Below are positions 52,301-63,184 of a DNA stretch of 64,000 nucleotides, in pieces; position 1 is the stretch's first letter, and every line of letters begins with the position of its first letter. Under the pieces are notes generated by a model that saw only the letters and a list, made by a program, of their open reading frames with translations, was not told where the DNA came from and ran no database searches. Origin of the DNA: Tubiluchus corallicola (lineage: Eukaryota > Animalia > Priapulida); NCBI GenBank assembly GCA_030141605.1, contig JAQGDQ010000215.1:186001-250000 (forward strand), read 5' to 3'. Made by a program: the position numbers and the translations under genes.

Positions 52301-55300
52301 AATTAAATTTTGCGGCATTAATGATAAAACAAGATCAAATAGCACACGGAATGACAAATTGGTCTAGAGACCGCGGATTTATTTCAAAAATAGACACTGA
52401 TTCCAGAATCAAATTAAAATGTTATAGGAGGAACACGACACAAGACATATGCATCAAGAATATGACTGATGGTAGTTATTGTTGCCTAACAGTAATCTGC
52501 CAGTTGCATTTATGAGTTCGTTTATTTATGAATCATAGGACAAAAGCGTAGCGTAGGCCCATATACAATTGCAAGAACGTCATTGCTGGTCGCAAAGGAA
52601 CTGTGTGAAGTATCCCCCTTTCATCCCACTTTTCAAAAAGAATCCCTATAGCATACTAAGCATCTACAGCAGGTCCACTAAGAAAACCAAACTTGCACAT
52701 CGTATCGAAATCTTTCTTGTAGTTGACACGATCGAAAGCCTGGGTAACATCAGCAAAAACTAAATTTTACCCGTTTCTCACCACAGACAACTAAGAGCAG
52801 GTATAATAACAATTAATAATTTCGTTTAGGTCATAGTCCAGAGATAACACCTTAAGTAACTCAATACATATTTCCAAGGTGGTCCCGATTATTATTAGCT
52901 TCATGTTACTTCGACAAACCCGCGTGTTTGGTAGAAGAACCAGCTGTACCATCTTTTAATCTTTGATATGGCTCGGCCGGGGTTTGAACCCGCGACCTCC
53001 GGGGTGAGCACGCTGTCATTGAGCTACGCTACCGAGTTTGTGTGAGGTATATGTGAATAATGTTGATTTTTGGTAAAGTCAAACTAATTACGAAGTGTGT
53101 TAAGCAAGCTTTCACCCTTTTCCTGTATACTGGATTAGTAATTTTGAAAATTGAATGACTTTTAACGAATTTCCACCCACCAAGGCCAACTATCTCTTGT
53201 TATGGACAAAAAATGATAAGAATTGATCAGCCAGTCGATATAAGTATCATGTATATACGTTTCTAGATTATGTACAGTGAAATGGAAACATAAGCTATGA
53301 ATAAATTCAGCGTTTTAGGCTTTTGAAAATCAAACTAATTAACTAATTGCAGAATTTACTGGAGGGTTTTGTGGTAAGGAGTCATTCACCCAAGTAACCC
53401 GAGTTTCGTGTCGATCCAATTCGGACCGGTAAAAAATATTCTTGCTACATAAAAGAATTTATAAAAGAAGCGAGTTGATAATGCAACAAAAACAAAGGCT
53501 AGTGTTTGATGCTGTTACCAGCAACAGCCAATACAGCCGTTATTTTTCTTAAGAAAAAAATCACCGCGTGGAGGAAGTTACTGTCTTATACCAGTAAAAC
53601 CAGTCTTAATGGGCGGAAAAACTGAAACAGTAACCAAACGTCCAAAGCACTTGAACTAACGTTTGCACTTAATACAGACTTCGAAAACACGTCTTACGAA
53701 AACATATGCATGCCAAAGTCAACAATCAAAGCCCGACACTCGATGAGTTTAAACAAACCCAGAGCACTGGTAGTCTGAATACGTTTAATTTCCGTTTCCT
53801 TGCCTCTGTCCGTAATACATGCACGAAGCCATACTGGCGGCTAAATTAAAAGCGTATGCAGTGGCTTCAGTCAAGGGGATTAAGCATGCAGAAATCTAGA
53901 ATGCAATCCATAGACATCCTCAGAACTCGGCTGCACAGTACTTACTGATCACACAGTCGTTACATGAGAGTTCTATGCAATGAGAATTGAAAATTGATAA
54001 TCACATAATTTGGAAGAGGCGTCAGGATAATTTGGTTCAAGATTATCCCACTTTCGTTAAGCATGTATTTGGAATACTTCAATTTAGGTTTTGAGATTTT
54101 AGTGCACAACCATTTTTGCTAGCCGCTTCTTGTTTTATTTTTGCTGGCCATTTCTTATTCCACTTGCTGGCGGCTGCTTCTTTCACTTTTGTTGTCTGCA
54201 TGCTTCTTATTTCATTTTTGTCATTAGGCCAACTTATTATTTCACTTTTTGCTGTCTCCTTATTTCAATTTTGTTGTCTGCTTATTTCATTTTCTGTCTG
54301 CTTCTTATTTCAGTTTTGCTGTCTCCTTCTTATTTCAGTTTTGCTGTCTGCTATTTCATTTGCTGTCTGCTTCTTATTTCAGTTTTGCTGTCTCCTTCTT
54401 ATTTCAGTTTTGCTGTCTCCTTCTTATTTCAATTTTGTTGTCTGCTTATTTCATTTGCTGTCTGCTTCTTATTTCAGTTTTGCTGTCTCCTTCTTATTTC
54501 AGTTTTGCTGTCTGCTTATTTCATTTGCTGTCTGCTTCTTATTTCAGTTTTATTGTCTGCTTATTTCATTTGCTGTCTCCTTCTTATTTCAATTTTGTTG
54601 TCTGCTTATTTCATTTGCTGTCTGCTTCTTATTTCAGTTTTGCTGTCTCCTTCTTATTTCAGTTTTGCTGTCTGCTTATTTCATTTGCTGTCTGCTTCTT
54701 ATTTCAGTTTTATTGTCTGCTTATTTCATTTGCTGTCTCCTTCTTATTTCAATTTTGTTGTCTGCTTATTTCATTTGCTGTCTGCTTCTTATTTCAGTTT
54801 TGCTGTCTCCTTCTTATTTCAGTTTTGCTGTCTGCTTATTTCATTTGCTGTCTGCTTCTTATTTCAGTTTTGTTGTCTGCTTATTTCATTTTTCTTGGCT
54901 ACTTATTTCATTTTTACTAACTGCTCCTTGATTAATTTCTGCTGGCTGCTTCTAATCTCAATTTATCGCTAGCTACTTAAGTTGCCTAGACGACTTTTTA
55001 AATAAGTTTAATACGTTAAAATATCAAGTTGCTTAATTTATCGGCGTCGGGACTCGGGTTATACAATAGCGGCATTTAACCCTTTCAACATCCGCAGCGG
55101 GACAACAATTATCATGTGAGCACTTGGTCTTGCATCAGATAAACACAGTAAATGAATGGGGGCATTATAAGGGGACACGCTCAGGGCTGAACTTCCTCTG
55201 GTCTGTCAACGTGCTATTTTATTTACCGAGACCCATTCATAAAACGGATCACAGGCAATATCTTGTGTTTTAAGTTCAGTGACTTTCAGCAATCGCAAGA

Positions 55301-58300
55301 GTACGTAAGCCTGGCTATGGTAATGGCGCTGTATATTTACACATGTTATTATAGGCTTGAAAAATCACGAAACTGCCAGGGAGGAGTCGAATGTGAATAA
55401 TTCATAAAGCAGCTATTTAGACAGGTGGTGGGCGGTGGGTGTGTGCTGTCTCTCCAGCAAATTAGTCAATTCAGCAAGCCTGGATAGGCAAGTGGGTGGC
55501 AACATAAAGGTCCTCGTAACTTGTAAAAATAATTAGTTAATAAATTATTCACCACACAATTCAGCCATAAATGTTCATAAATAACTCAATAATAATTATT
55601 ACTAAATTATTTACTGAAAATGGAACGATATGCTGATAATTTATTACGTAATTACTTTTGCAAAGTGATCATTTATTACGTAATTAATTTTTATAAGAAA
55701 AACTGTCGTATATCAACTGTTATAGAAACATGTCAGTTATTAATTTATACATAGAGATATATTGGAAATAAGCGTTATTTATATACGTATATAAATAACG
55801 CTTATTTCCAATATGGCTGCTACATATAAATTAATAACAATATATATATATATATCGTTATTATATATATATAATATAATATATTTTTTTTAAATGATTT
55901 GATTATACAATACTTTATTGTAATAAAACATACACAAAATATAAAATCACAATACACATAAATAATTCAGTATATTCAATCTCTGGAATGATGTTTTACA
56001 ATAGTATCAGATTGTTAGTAAATTACACATTATTGAAAAGACCGATGAAGCAATGTTAGTAAATAAAAAATACTTAAAGTATACAAATCAGAAATTTTTA
56101 CATCATTAAAACTACGTTGAAAGCTAAGTTTATATGTAATACACAAGTTTATAAAGAAACTTATATATTCACATTTATATTTATATACGTATAATTTTAC
56201 GCGATTAAAGACTATAACAGAAAGACTTCAAAATGGTGTACAAGGAAACGAAAATCATAACCTGGTTTTAAATCACACCATTCACAAATTTCACGGAAAA
56301 TAGCCTTGGTCCCATAAATGCCAGTTCACTCGGTTGACACGACTGCAAATGTCCCTGTTACTAGGATACAGTAAATTATTACATTTTAATGATGCCTGCA
56401 GGTGATACAGAAGAGGATTATTATTAGTCACTGTGCTGATTTCCAGGGACAGCAGCTAAGATTGGATGAAGGTGAAGTAGCTCAACTTCTCAAGTAACAG
56501 GAGCCACGTTGTAATAATATTTCTATATTGCAACTTTTGTCACAGAACAACTGTTTCTCTCTTTAAAGGAAGACAGGCTACTATCCCATTTTCAAGTCCG
56601 ATAAAAAGTATACATTTGAACACAATTAATGCTGCAAAAAGCGTTTCTGATAATTAAATATGAGATTAAAAACTTAATTAATGGCGAGTGAGCCCAACTA
56701 GTGATGATGTCACAAACTAACATAATTTTCAACAGCAAGAATATTCCATGAGCGTGTTGCACGTGTTTGCGAAAGCAAAAATTGAAGTACAGTATTCAAT
56801 GTGTTGTACTAAAACTACGCGAGTTTTAAGACAAAAATTCAAATTTCAAAAAGTCTACCACTGAGCTCACATATGAGCCGTCGAACGTGTGCACTGCATC
56901 ACAACTGAACACATCTGAACCGAAGGGACATCACCTGTGTTTTGTGCAATCCGTTTCCAAAATGCAGGCACTAGTGCCCAGCTAACTAGCAAATGGTGAA
57001 GTGTATGTAACAGCAAAGAACTTGTGGCACGAACGTGAAATTGTGTTTGTGAGGTAATACTTCTTTCACGTAACTCATTTTTGAAAAAATAGTATGTTTT
57101 CTTTCAATATTTTAGAGAGTAGATTGTTTTGACCTACAGTTCAAGATTGGCTCCGGTTTTGCTTTAATAATTTGTTGCTCATGTGTGTTGCTTGCATGTA
57201 GCATGTACTGTGTGTTAATGTCAGAATATTTTATTAAAGAAATTGTAATTATTTTGTAAAATATTGAGAACAGTATTTATGTGTCATGAAGGAAAATAAC
57301 CACGAATGTGACGTGTGAAGAGATCATATCACTGAAACTGTAGCTACAGCAACTGCAAAACACTAAAGCAGCCAGGGTAAAACGAAAAAAATCTAGAAGT
57401 CACAAAAAAAAGAAAACTGCCGAACTTCTCTCAAAGAAAATCCGCCACAGAAATTTATGGATTAAAATCTATTTCCCCGTAGGGGCCACTGGATTTACTA
57501 ACAATTGTTCTGCACAAATCTAAGACTCTAGATGGACAAAAGTATGAGAAGCTACAGCAGAATGAACGATACTGAAAGCAGCAATATCATAAATTTTACT
57601 AGTAAAAATTATCAACCGAAAATCGGAATGCAAAGGATAATTTACCAAACAGCAAAAATGTGCGTAAATAAATAAATAAATAAATAAATGATCTAATTCG
57701 TAGCTATATACAATTAAAACTTTTAGAAGCTAATTAAATGCACCCGTGCAAGTGTAAAATACTCTAGCTCAAATTCTGGTACATCAGTTTGTACGTTGTA
57801 TATACGAACGCAATCGTAACAAATTTAAATATTAATATCACTCAAAGCTACTTAATATAATGCATCGCTCGGCCAAGGTAAACTACAGCTATTATATAAT
57901 TAATTAGTACTACACATAATTATATATTTTCCCAAGTGGTTATCACCTAGGAATAATTAAATATGACCACTATAAGGGAGCACTGCATTATTTCTGATGA
58001 CGTTCATATAGTCATGATATAAAATAATGAACTTACCAACTACACACTACCTGTTTACCTATATCCCTGAAGTACCCATGCAGCTCAGGTCTGCACGGTA
58101 TACGCACCTCTTTGCTGTACATATACGAATAATTATTATTTGCCTAGAAACGCATGTCAATAAATACATGTAGGCCTAAATACATGAAGTTTACAGAGGA
58201 GCTATTGCTAACGTAATAATACGTAAAGCAATTTGAAAACCAGCGGTTCTCTGACGCCGCTAAATCCAGAAAAGCATAAATTGCCCAACACCTTGGAGGC

Positions 58301-61300
58301 CACAACTTCAAATTCTGAATTATGTTTCTGAAATGTCAAAGTTCACGAATGCTTTAACCGACCAAATTGTAACACGAGAAAATAGCACGCAGGCCGACGG
58401 CAAATGGTTATTACGTAAATTAAGTTTCAAGATTTTAGGTAGAAAAAGCAGTCAGCGCTATAATATACACTAGGATGCGGAGACGTCAGATTAATTAAGT
58501 AATGCAAATGTATTGAAATTACCTTAAATTATAAACGTGTTATAAACACTTTTACTTAAACAATGTTTTTCGTAGACTCGGTGACAAAAAATTATGTCAG
58601 TGCCGGCACATCAGTATACTAACGGCGCGTTCTGGCAGGCTGGCAGTGATGAGGTAAAGCCTAAAGCAGCTAATACAATGACAGTGTCGTCATGTCAATG
58701 TTGGTTTTTCTATTTGGCTGTAGTTTAAACTAGTTAGCACTTTCAAATCGAGAATGAATATGAACTGTGTGGGAATTTACAGTGTCGAGCAAAACTGAAT
58801 GAAAACGACCTGTAAATAAGAGAAGAAACTTCACGAAGTATGGACGTTTTGCTATGCTTTATGAACTCAGCGCCCTCTATACCAGTGTCCACGACCTCAG
58901 CAGCACACGCAACCTCAGTAAACAGAAATATTAGAGCCAAAGTGCATGGTTGTATAGGATTTAAAGGAAGGGACAAGTCACTCAGCACGTTGGGTTTTTT
59001 TAATACTGTTATCACTTGAACTTTAACTTAGAAAAATATAACAAAGAAATTTGCAAAAAACTGTCTATGAAGCATAAATATAAAAAACATACTACCACTG
59101 AATAGAAATTTTCAGGCGTGGTAGCTGCCGCCATTCACTTGAAAGTTATGACGTAACTGAGAGACTTCGTGACTTTTCGTAAGCGTGTCGTGGTTTTCCA
59201 TAAGTGCACGTTAGCTAAACTAAACTAAACCTTACCTAAACATTACCTAAACTAATTCAAACTTCTACAGCTTACCTATAATGCTGAAGTAAAAATATTA
59301 CAAAATTAGTAATTTAATTATTTTGTAATTTTTGATGAAAGACTGACAGCGCGCTACTTTCCTTCAAGATGAATGACGTTATTGGAAGAAGAATGGGCAT
59401 CGAAGCTGGGAGCAAAAACTTCTGCAACTTACCTGATGTTCACGCAAAAATATTACAAAATTAGTAATTTAATTATTTTGTAAAAACTTATTATATTTTT
59501 GATGAAAGACTGACAGCGCGCTACTTTCCTTCAAGATGAATGACGTCATTGGAAAAAGAATGGGCATCGAATGTGGGAGCAAAAACTTATGCAACTTACC
59601 TAATGTTCACGCAAAAATATTACAAAATTAGTAATTTAATTATTTTGTAAAAACTTATTATATTTTTGATGAAAGACTGACAGCGCGCTACTTTTCTTCA
59701 CGATGAATGACGTCATTGGAAGAAGAATGGGCATCGAATGTGGGAGCAAAAACTTATGCAACTTACCTAACGTTCACGCAAAAATATTACAAAATTAGTA
59801 ATTTAATTATTTTGTAAAAACTTATTATATTTTTGATGAAAGACTGACAGCGCGCTACTTTTCTTCAAGATGAATGACGTTATTGGAAGAAGAATGGGCA
59901 TCGAATGTGGGAAGAAAAACTTCTGCAACTTACCTAATGTTCACGCAAAAATATTACAAAATTAGTAATTTAATTATTTTGTAAAAACTCATTATATTTT
60001 TGATGAAAGACTGACAGCGCGCTACTTTCCTTCAAGATGAATGACGTCATTGGACGAAGAATGGGCATCGAATGTGGGAAGAAAAACTTGTTCAACTTAC
60101 CTAATGTTCACGCAAAAATATTACAAAATTAGTTATTTAATTGTTTTGTAAAAACTTATTATATTTTTGAGGAAAAATTGACAGTGCGTTACTTTTCTTC
60201 AGGACGAATGACGTCATTGGAAGAAGAATGAACATTGAAAGTTGGAGCGCCCAGGCATGAAGTAATCGCAACTTTAAGCTTAAAGGGTTGGCCTTTTTTA
60301 AGGTAGGACTTGTTTGTATTAAATCAACCTCGATTACTTTCATCTTTTATAATCTAGCTACGACCTGGCTATATTTATGTCTACGTGTATTGTGTAACTT
60401 CATGAAATACAGTAAAACACGGTTTCCTGCAGTCAAGTCAACATCTGTAAAATTTCGGGAAACATATAATTTTCTACGACCACGCCTACATTTTTAAGTA
60501 TTTTTATTACTCAAGGCCTTTGCTTTGGAATACTCTCCCAAATTATATGAAGGACGCAGCATCTTTAGATACTTTCTAAAGATTTGCTAAAACTTATTTT
60601 TTGTGTATTGAATAGCCTAATGTCATATATAAGTTACTAATATTTATGTTGTTACTTGATTTAATTTGTAATTAACTTAATTTTGTGTTTCTTTTAATGC
60701 TAGTTATGATTGTATGTATTTACTACCTGATAATAATCTTATTGTGTTAGACATTCATAAACGCAGCCTGCTGTAATGTGTTTGCATAAGACATAAGTGA
60801 TATGCATATACGTTTGTCAGTAGCTGAGGGCTTTCTTGGAAAGCAGTGCTAAGCACTAAAGGAACTCACAAAATATTACTATAAATAAATAAGCATAGCT
60901 AAACATGATGTCATAAAACCTACAGATAGGGGAGACCCGGGTAAAGTGGATCACTGGGCAAAGCGGATTAAATGTATTTGCTTTTTTTCCGTAACGCGTC
61001 GCAGTCTACGCACTGTGTGATGTTAGGACATCATTTACGACCTCAACCTTTGCAAAGTTTGTCTAAGCGAGTTACACAAAAGAAAGTTTTTCACCTATTT
61101 GCTTGCGATTCTTCACTTTTATATATCATGATGTTAAATTCCACTTAGTGGAGATTTATTCGATACCGTTTTTACATATGATGGATGGTTCATTGCTGCT
61201 TCATATCAATTTATTTTTGCAAAATAAACAAAATCGGTTTAAAAGATATTGTTAGTTATGTTGAGCTCAACCGCTCCGGGCAAAGCAGATCAGTTTTGAC

Positions 61301-61608
61301 CGGGCAAATTGAATCAGTGACCCGTTTTGCCCGAACCATCGTTTTTCATCTCTTGACAAATTATGTACAAGTTTATTTACGTACTAGGACAGTTAGATGA
61401 AGCAAAATACATGATACATCCAAAAGAGCACAAAATCAATTACTTACCAACACAATATTCCTAAAATGACAAGAAAGACCTTGCGACATGTTACTTTTTT
61501 CTTCTTTTTGTCTGGCGTAGAACAACACTGGCACAAGACGAAGATAAACAATAGCAGATAGGTAAGAGCTAGCCATACTACAGGTATAAATCCCAGAATC
61601 ATCAATGC
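31313..61608 (-). CDS. tty: Tweety-family (TTYH) gene, 14 exons; first coding exon not identified in the window
   Basis: Spliced peptide has tweety hallmarks: GILCCGALAVGLYGNEGANRGV, EFIRW, ALADLCLNPEPFI, DVMQYYLDC...SPF, LLDCSIVH...ALTSIC, Y..VDEEDPF and PPPAY; all junctions are phase-consistent. Confidence 0.93.
32196..32283 (-). CDS. tty: tweety exon: LGNRSEEPSAPNRHSLASTVPEDNSPPPA
   Basis: tag|C...GCG|gtacg, phase 2-0; forms SPPPA|Y with the next exon. Confidence 0.85.
32711..32824 (-). CDS. tty: tweety exon: RGYYMVDEEDPFLPSRPPPNPAERYGSLVGGSNPQPV
   Basis: tag|A...TT|gtaag; Y..VDEEDPF motif. Confidence 0.9.
33087..33510. repeat. Compound tandem repeat: constant ~40-bp block plus variable (TG/CG)n tract, 5 copies
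   Basis: caagctgctagatgtgtaaatagggttcgtttttagatg recurring. Confidence 0.92.
34180..34215 (-). CDS. tty: Putative 36-nt cassette micro-exon of tweety: SASRRSTEEKQR
   Basis: ttgtag|A...AG|gtttg, symmetric phase 2-2, open frame; the gene also splices in frame without it. Confidence 0.55.
34523..34624 (-). CDS. tty: tweety exon (TM5): VGSAFMLVAAVAAGLILTLMICVTSRTWIHIHR
   Basis: tag|A...AA|gtatg, phase 2-2. Confidence 0.9.
34744..35280 (+). mobile_element. Kolobok-like non-autonomous element, family B
   Basis: TTAA TSD on both sides; perfect 18-bp TIR aggaaaaccggatgattg. Confidence 0.88.
35567..35706 (-). CDS. tty: tweety exon: LDPLVNSLSYDLNGALISLEHLDVLLDCSIVHEHIIKALTSICTST
   Basis: tag|TTG...AT|gtaat; L.ALLDC...H....AL..IC motif. 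Confidence 0.92.
36338..36759. mobile_element. hAT-like MITE
   Basis: TIR taggggcgtatta / tgatatgcccctg; 8-bp TSD gccttaat/gccttaac. Confidence 0.72.
38194..38286 (-). CDS. tty: tweety exon: DLKQAHNILKSLQQTLHELANEAAPFYDQAE
   Basis: tag|GAT...GAG|gtgag, phase 0-0. Confidence 0.88.
38559..38877 (+). mobile_element. Kolobok-like element, family C, truncated
   Basis: ttaa|agcacaagaaaa...; reverse-complement homolog at 62008-62329. Confidence 0.75.
39021..39073 (-). CDS. tty: tweety exon: DVMQYYLDCYSESSPFAK
   Basis: cag|AT...AAG|gtaat; YYL.C...SPF motif. Confidence 0.92.
39592..39734 (-). CDS. tty: tweety exon (TM4): FAALAVFTLLFSWCQGGAYLASSVALADLCLNPEPFIEHQAGTDIEQ
   Basis: cag|G...G|gtgag; SW...D.C..P..FI motif. 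Confidence 0.93.
39670..39993 (-). repeat. About 100-bp tandem duplications of the tweety TM4 exon 5' part plus its acceptor
   Basis: ctccacctt...ctgaacagca...gctaatgcggcaaacc...actagacatgtggat three times, plus a fragment. Confidence 0.92.
40368..40463 (-). CDS. tty: tweety exon (TM3): WAVMIGLQCWQALLCIFIFLAIARDSKGMLM
   Basis: cag|A...TC|gtaag, phase 2-2. Confidence 0.9.
40932..42133. mobile_element. TIR element (hAT-like) with an internal 56-bp array
   Basis: Ends gctgggactggttaa / ttaagcggtcccagc; ttaaccggttaa-type subterminal repeats at both ends. Confidence 0.6.
41378..41737. repeat. 56-bp minisatellite, about 6 copies
   Basis: gtattatgtgttatgtctgtagttatcactttaacatctaaggttgggcagtcaat. 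Confidence 0.95.
42998..43122 (-). CDS. tty: tweety exon: NLDDMSVERERIVRKLNRV...TAYYEFIR
   Basis: cag|AAT...AG|gtacg, phase 0-2; continues to the conserved E..RW. Confidence 0.87.
43635..43748 (-). CDS. tty: tweety exon: TQSLQHTLEVNVTYDLENFYQLFEEPISNSTVHDLLIK
   Basis: cag|ACC...AAG|gtatt, phase 0-0. Confidence 0.85.
43886..44550. repeat. 42-bp minisatellite, about 16 copies
   Basis: aaataagtatttataaataatggtatcaactggtacatatc; gives the 14-aa periodic spurious ORFs. Confidence 0.95.
44641..44803 (-). pseudogene. Diverged partial duplicate of tweety exon 42998-43122 with its acceptor and upstream intron
   Basis: Reads NLDHMSAEVKRIVHN* versus NLDDMSVERERIVRK; the flanking intron also aligns to 43123-43227. 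Confidence 0.8.
45567..45965. repeat. (GTA/GTG/ATA)n degenerate trinucleotide microsatellite
   Basis: Read directly; gives the poly-Val ORF. Confidence 0.95.
47590..47785 (+). mobile_element. tRNA-derived SINE (V-SINE-like head), internally deleted
   Basis: A box tggataatgg, B box gagttcgatac, then ggtcgggtcataccaaagact; AT-rich tail. Confidence 0.65.
48113..48560. repeat. Interspersed-repeat fragment with an internal ~60-bp direct repeat
   Basis: caaactttcag...ccatt.taacagcgt.ttgg.cat at about 48160 and 48496. Confidence 0.45.
48900..49213 (-). mobile_element. Kolobok-like family A, right half
   Basis: Reverse-complement homolog of about 18510-18791. Confidence 0.8.
49329..49440 (-). CDS. 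tty: tweety exon: GALAVGLYGNEGANRGVHDFVDSFTSADETFKSVDNE
   Basis: cag|T...GAG|gtaag; G.YGN motif. Confidence 0.93.
51563..52148. mobile_element. Foldback-type element: ~115-bp inverted arms with an internal 39-bp tandem array
   Basis: Left arm about 51563-51677 is the reverse complement of about 52032-52148; the unit tcagctgaaatcaaattgtatggcctggaccttgaaaga repeats 9-10 times. Confidence 0.75.
52810..53037 (-). mobile_element. tRNA-derived SINE (V-SINE-like)
   Basis: Minus strand: tagctcaatgacag (A box), gggttcaaacccc (B box), ggccgagccatatcaaagattaaaagatggta. Confidence 0.7.
54230..54912. repeat. Minisatellite of ~21-25-bp variants with higher-order periodicity
   Basis: ttgctgtctgcttcttatttcagtt / ttgctgtctccttcttatttc / ttgtctgcttatttcat. 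Confidence 0.93.
55759..55814. repeat. Perfect 56-bp palindrome with no spacer
   Basis: atattggaaataagcgttatttatatac|gtatataaataacgcttatttccaatat. Confidence 0.95.
56567..57163 (-). mobile_element. Kolobok-like family A, full length
   Basis: TTAA|aggaagacagg...ccggttttgct|TTAA; reverse complement of 18200-18791. Confidence 0.85.
59111..60261. mobile_element. TIR element carrying a 167-bp tandem array (about 5.7 copies)
   Basis: Imperfect TIR ttcaggcgtggtagct / agcgcccaggcatgaa; (ctaaa)n tract at 59215-59255; gactgacagcgcg at 59341, 59508, 59675 and onward. Confidence 0.65.
60928..61335 (+). mobile_element. Possible TA-flanked (pogo-like) MITE fragment
   Basis: ta|ggggagacccgggtaaagtggatca with repeated gggcaaag.ggat motifs; no matching right end found. 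Confidence 0.35.
61448..61608 (-). CDS. tty: tweety exon (TM1-TM2): ALMILGFIPVVWLALTYLLLFIFVLCQCCSTPDKKKKKVTCRKVFLVILGILC
   Basis: cag|GCA...TG|gtaag; TG+T completes Cys across a 12-kb intron. Confidence 0.9.
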
Positions 61609-61651
61609 CTGAAAATAACCAAACCATAATGTTCGCTGGGTTTACTCTTAA

Positions 61652-62329
61652 AGGACAAAAAAAGGGGTAGCTGAAGTAGATTTCAGAAAACTCGCCTTAA
61701 AATACTATAATACTTTACAGCAATTTTATGCGTATATCGTACTCGCATTGAAAGGAATTTTTGTTTGTTTTCATTTAGAATCTCCCGCAATACTATTCCG
61801 AAGTCGCCATTACATGGCGTCACTATGCAAACGTAAATCAGGGGAAGAAACGGCTATGTTAAATTATGTCCCAAAAAACTTTCCGTGCAGATCTATATTA
61901 CTTAATATTTCGCTTACCTGTAGAATGACTTATGTAACTAGAAAAGAAAATTATTAATTATCTAAAATGTTTTCACCAATTAGTAAAATGTCACCGACTC
62001 ACACTCCAGGGTGCACCACTCACTAACCAAAAACGTATTTTTAATCTTATTGACAAGATACAGTAATTTAAAATTTTACCAGTTAGTGACGTGCGCGCTA
62101 CGAATGCTCTGATTATTTTTTCAAACTTTACAAAATGTTAACTAAACTTGTTTCAAATGACCTGTCGTCAAAATGCCTGCGTCTAACGGTCATCGCAGGA
62201 GTTTAAACTTACATGTTTTATACAGCATTACTGACTGACGTCCTGTATGTAAAAAGGCACTATATAAGTGATATAAAATTTCAAGACGAATTTTTTAAGC
62301 TTTATGTATATGGAGGATTTTCTTGTGCT
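61652..62329 (-). mobile_element. Kolobok-like family C, probably full length
   Basis: TTAA|aggacaaaaaaa ... ttttcttgtgct|TTAA; 62008-62329 is the inverted homolog of 38559-38877. Confidence 0.7.
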
Positions 62330-62637
62330 TTAAACAACTAAATTATTATTCTAGTATTAAATTTATTTTATCTGGTTTACTAAAAGCATAACCTAAACGC
62401 TTTACGCAATCAATGAAATTCATGTTTGGAATTGAACGTGCAGTTTTGTTATATGGCCGGCAAACCAAACAAATCTAAATGGTATTGACGTGTAGCCACG
62501 TTTTCGTTTTAGTTTGCAAATTCGCAACAAAGCGTTACAGAAAAAGGCTTTGAAGCAGGGCAAAACAAACGACACACTGGGTTTAATTTGAAACTAAATT
62601 CGATTTCGACCCTTGTAAATTTGATGCGTTAGCTTAA

Positions 62638-63184
62638 AAGAAGACCGGACGATTGTTTAGACTCACTCTCATTTTAATTTACAGTCCAAAATATATATTT
62701 CTTGCCTATAAAAGTTAACAATTGTTCCTTATATTTGAATAATTAGCTTGCAAAGTTAATTAACGGCAATCGAACACAGCTATTGCTTACGTCAGAAACT
62801 AACCACAGTTTGTGCAATGGCAGACGTCTTCCCTGGTGCGCCAGGCACATTTGTATAAGCGTTACAGTACTGCTGAAACGCATGATGTCACGAAAAATGG
62901 GGCACGTCATATGACGTCATGAAACTAACACAGCAGTTCATGATCAGGGTTATCACGGTACCGTCTTCTATTTATCGGCCACGCGCATGTGACAAAAAGG
63001 CGTCGTTGCCAATCTTAGTAGATTCACAGAGCCGCCCGTAGCTTTGAAAGTTTAACGAAAGTTGAGTATCCCAGGTAATTATTATTTAGTCTAAGCTTTG
63101 ATTTAAAATAAGCTATTGTAGTTTTCAATATTTTAGAGCATTCTTTATTCTGAACTCGTGTATACACAATCATCCGGTTTTCCT
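62638..63184 (-). mobile_element. Kolobok-like family B, inverted copy
   Basis: TTAA on both sides; TIR aagaagaccggacgattg / caatcatccggttttcct; reverse complement of 34744-35280. Confidence 0.87.

Noticed and set aside
54116-54972. Three overlapping 223-280 aa hydrophobic ORFs
   Set aside because: All three frames are open only because the minisatellite lacks stop codons on this strand; the peptides are periodic and low-complexity.
55077-55095. ttaaccctttc as a piggyBac end
   Set aside because: No matching inverted end or second TTAA-flanked terminus was found.
61918-61937. 20-nt minus-strand segment with strong acceptor and donor upstream of the tweety TM1 exon
   Set aside because: It contains TAA in the required frame and lies inside a family C transposon; it is not the missing first coding exon.
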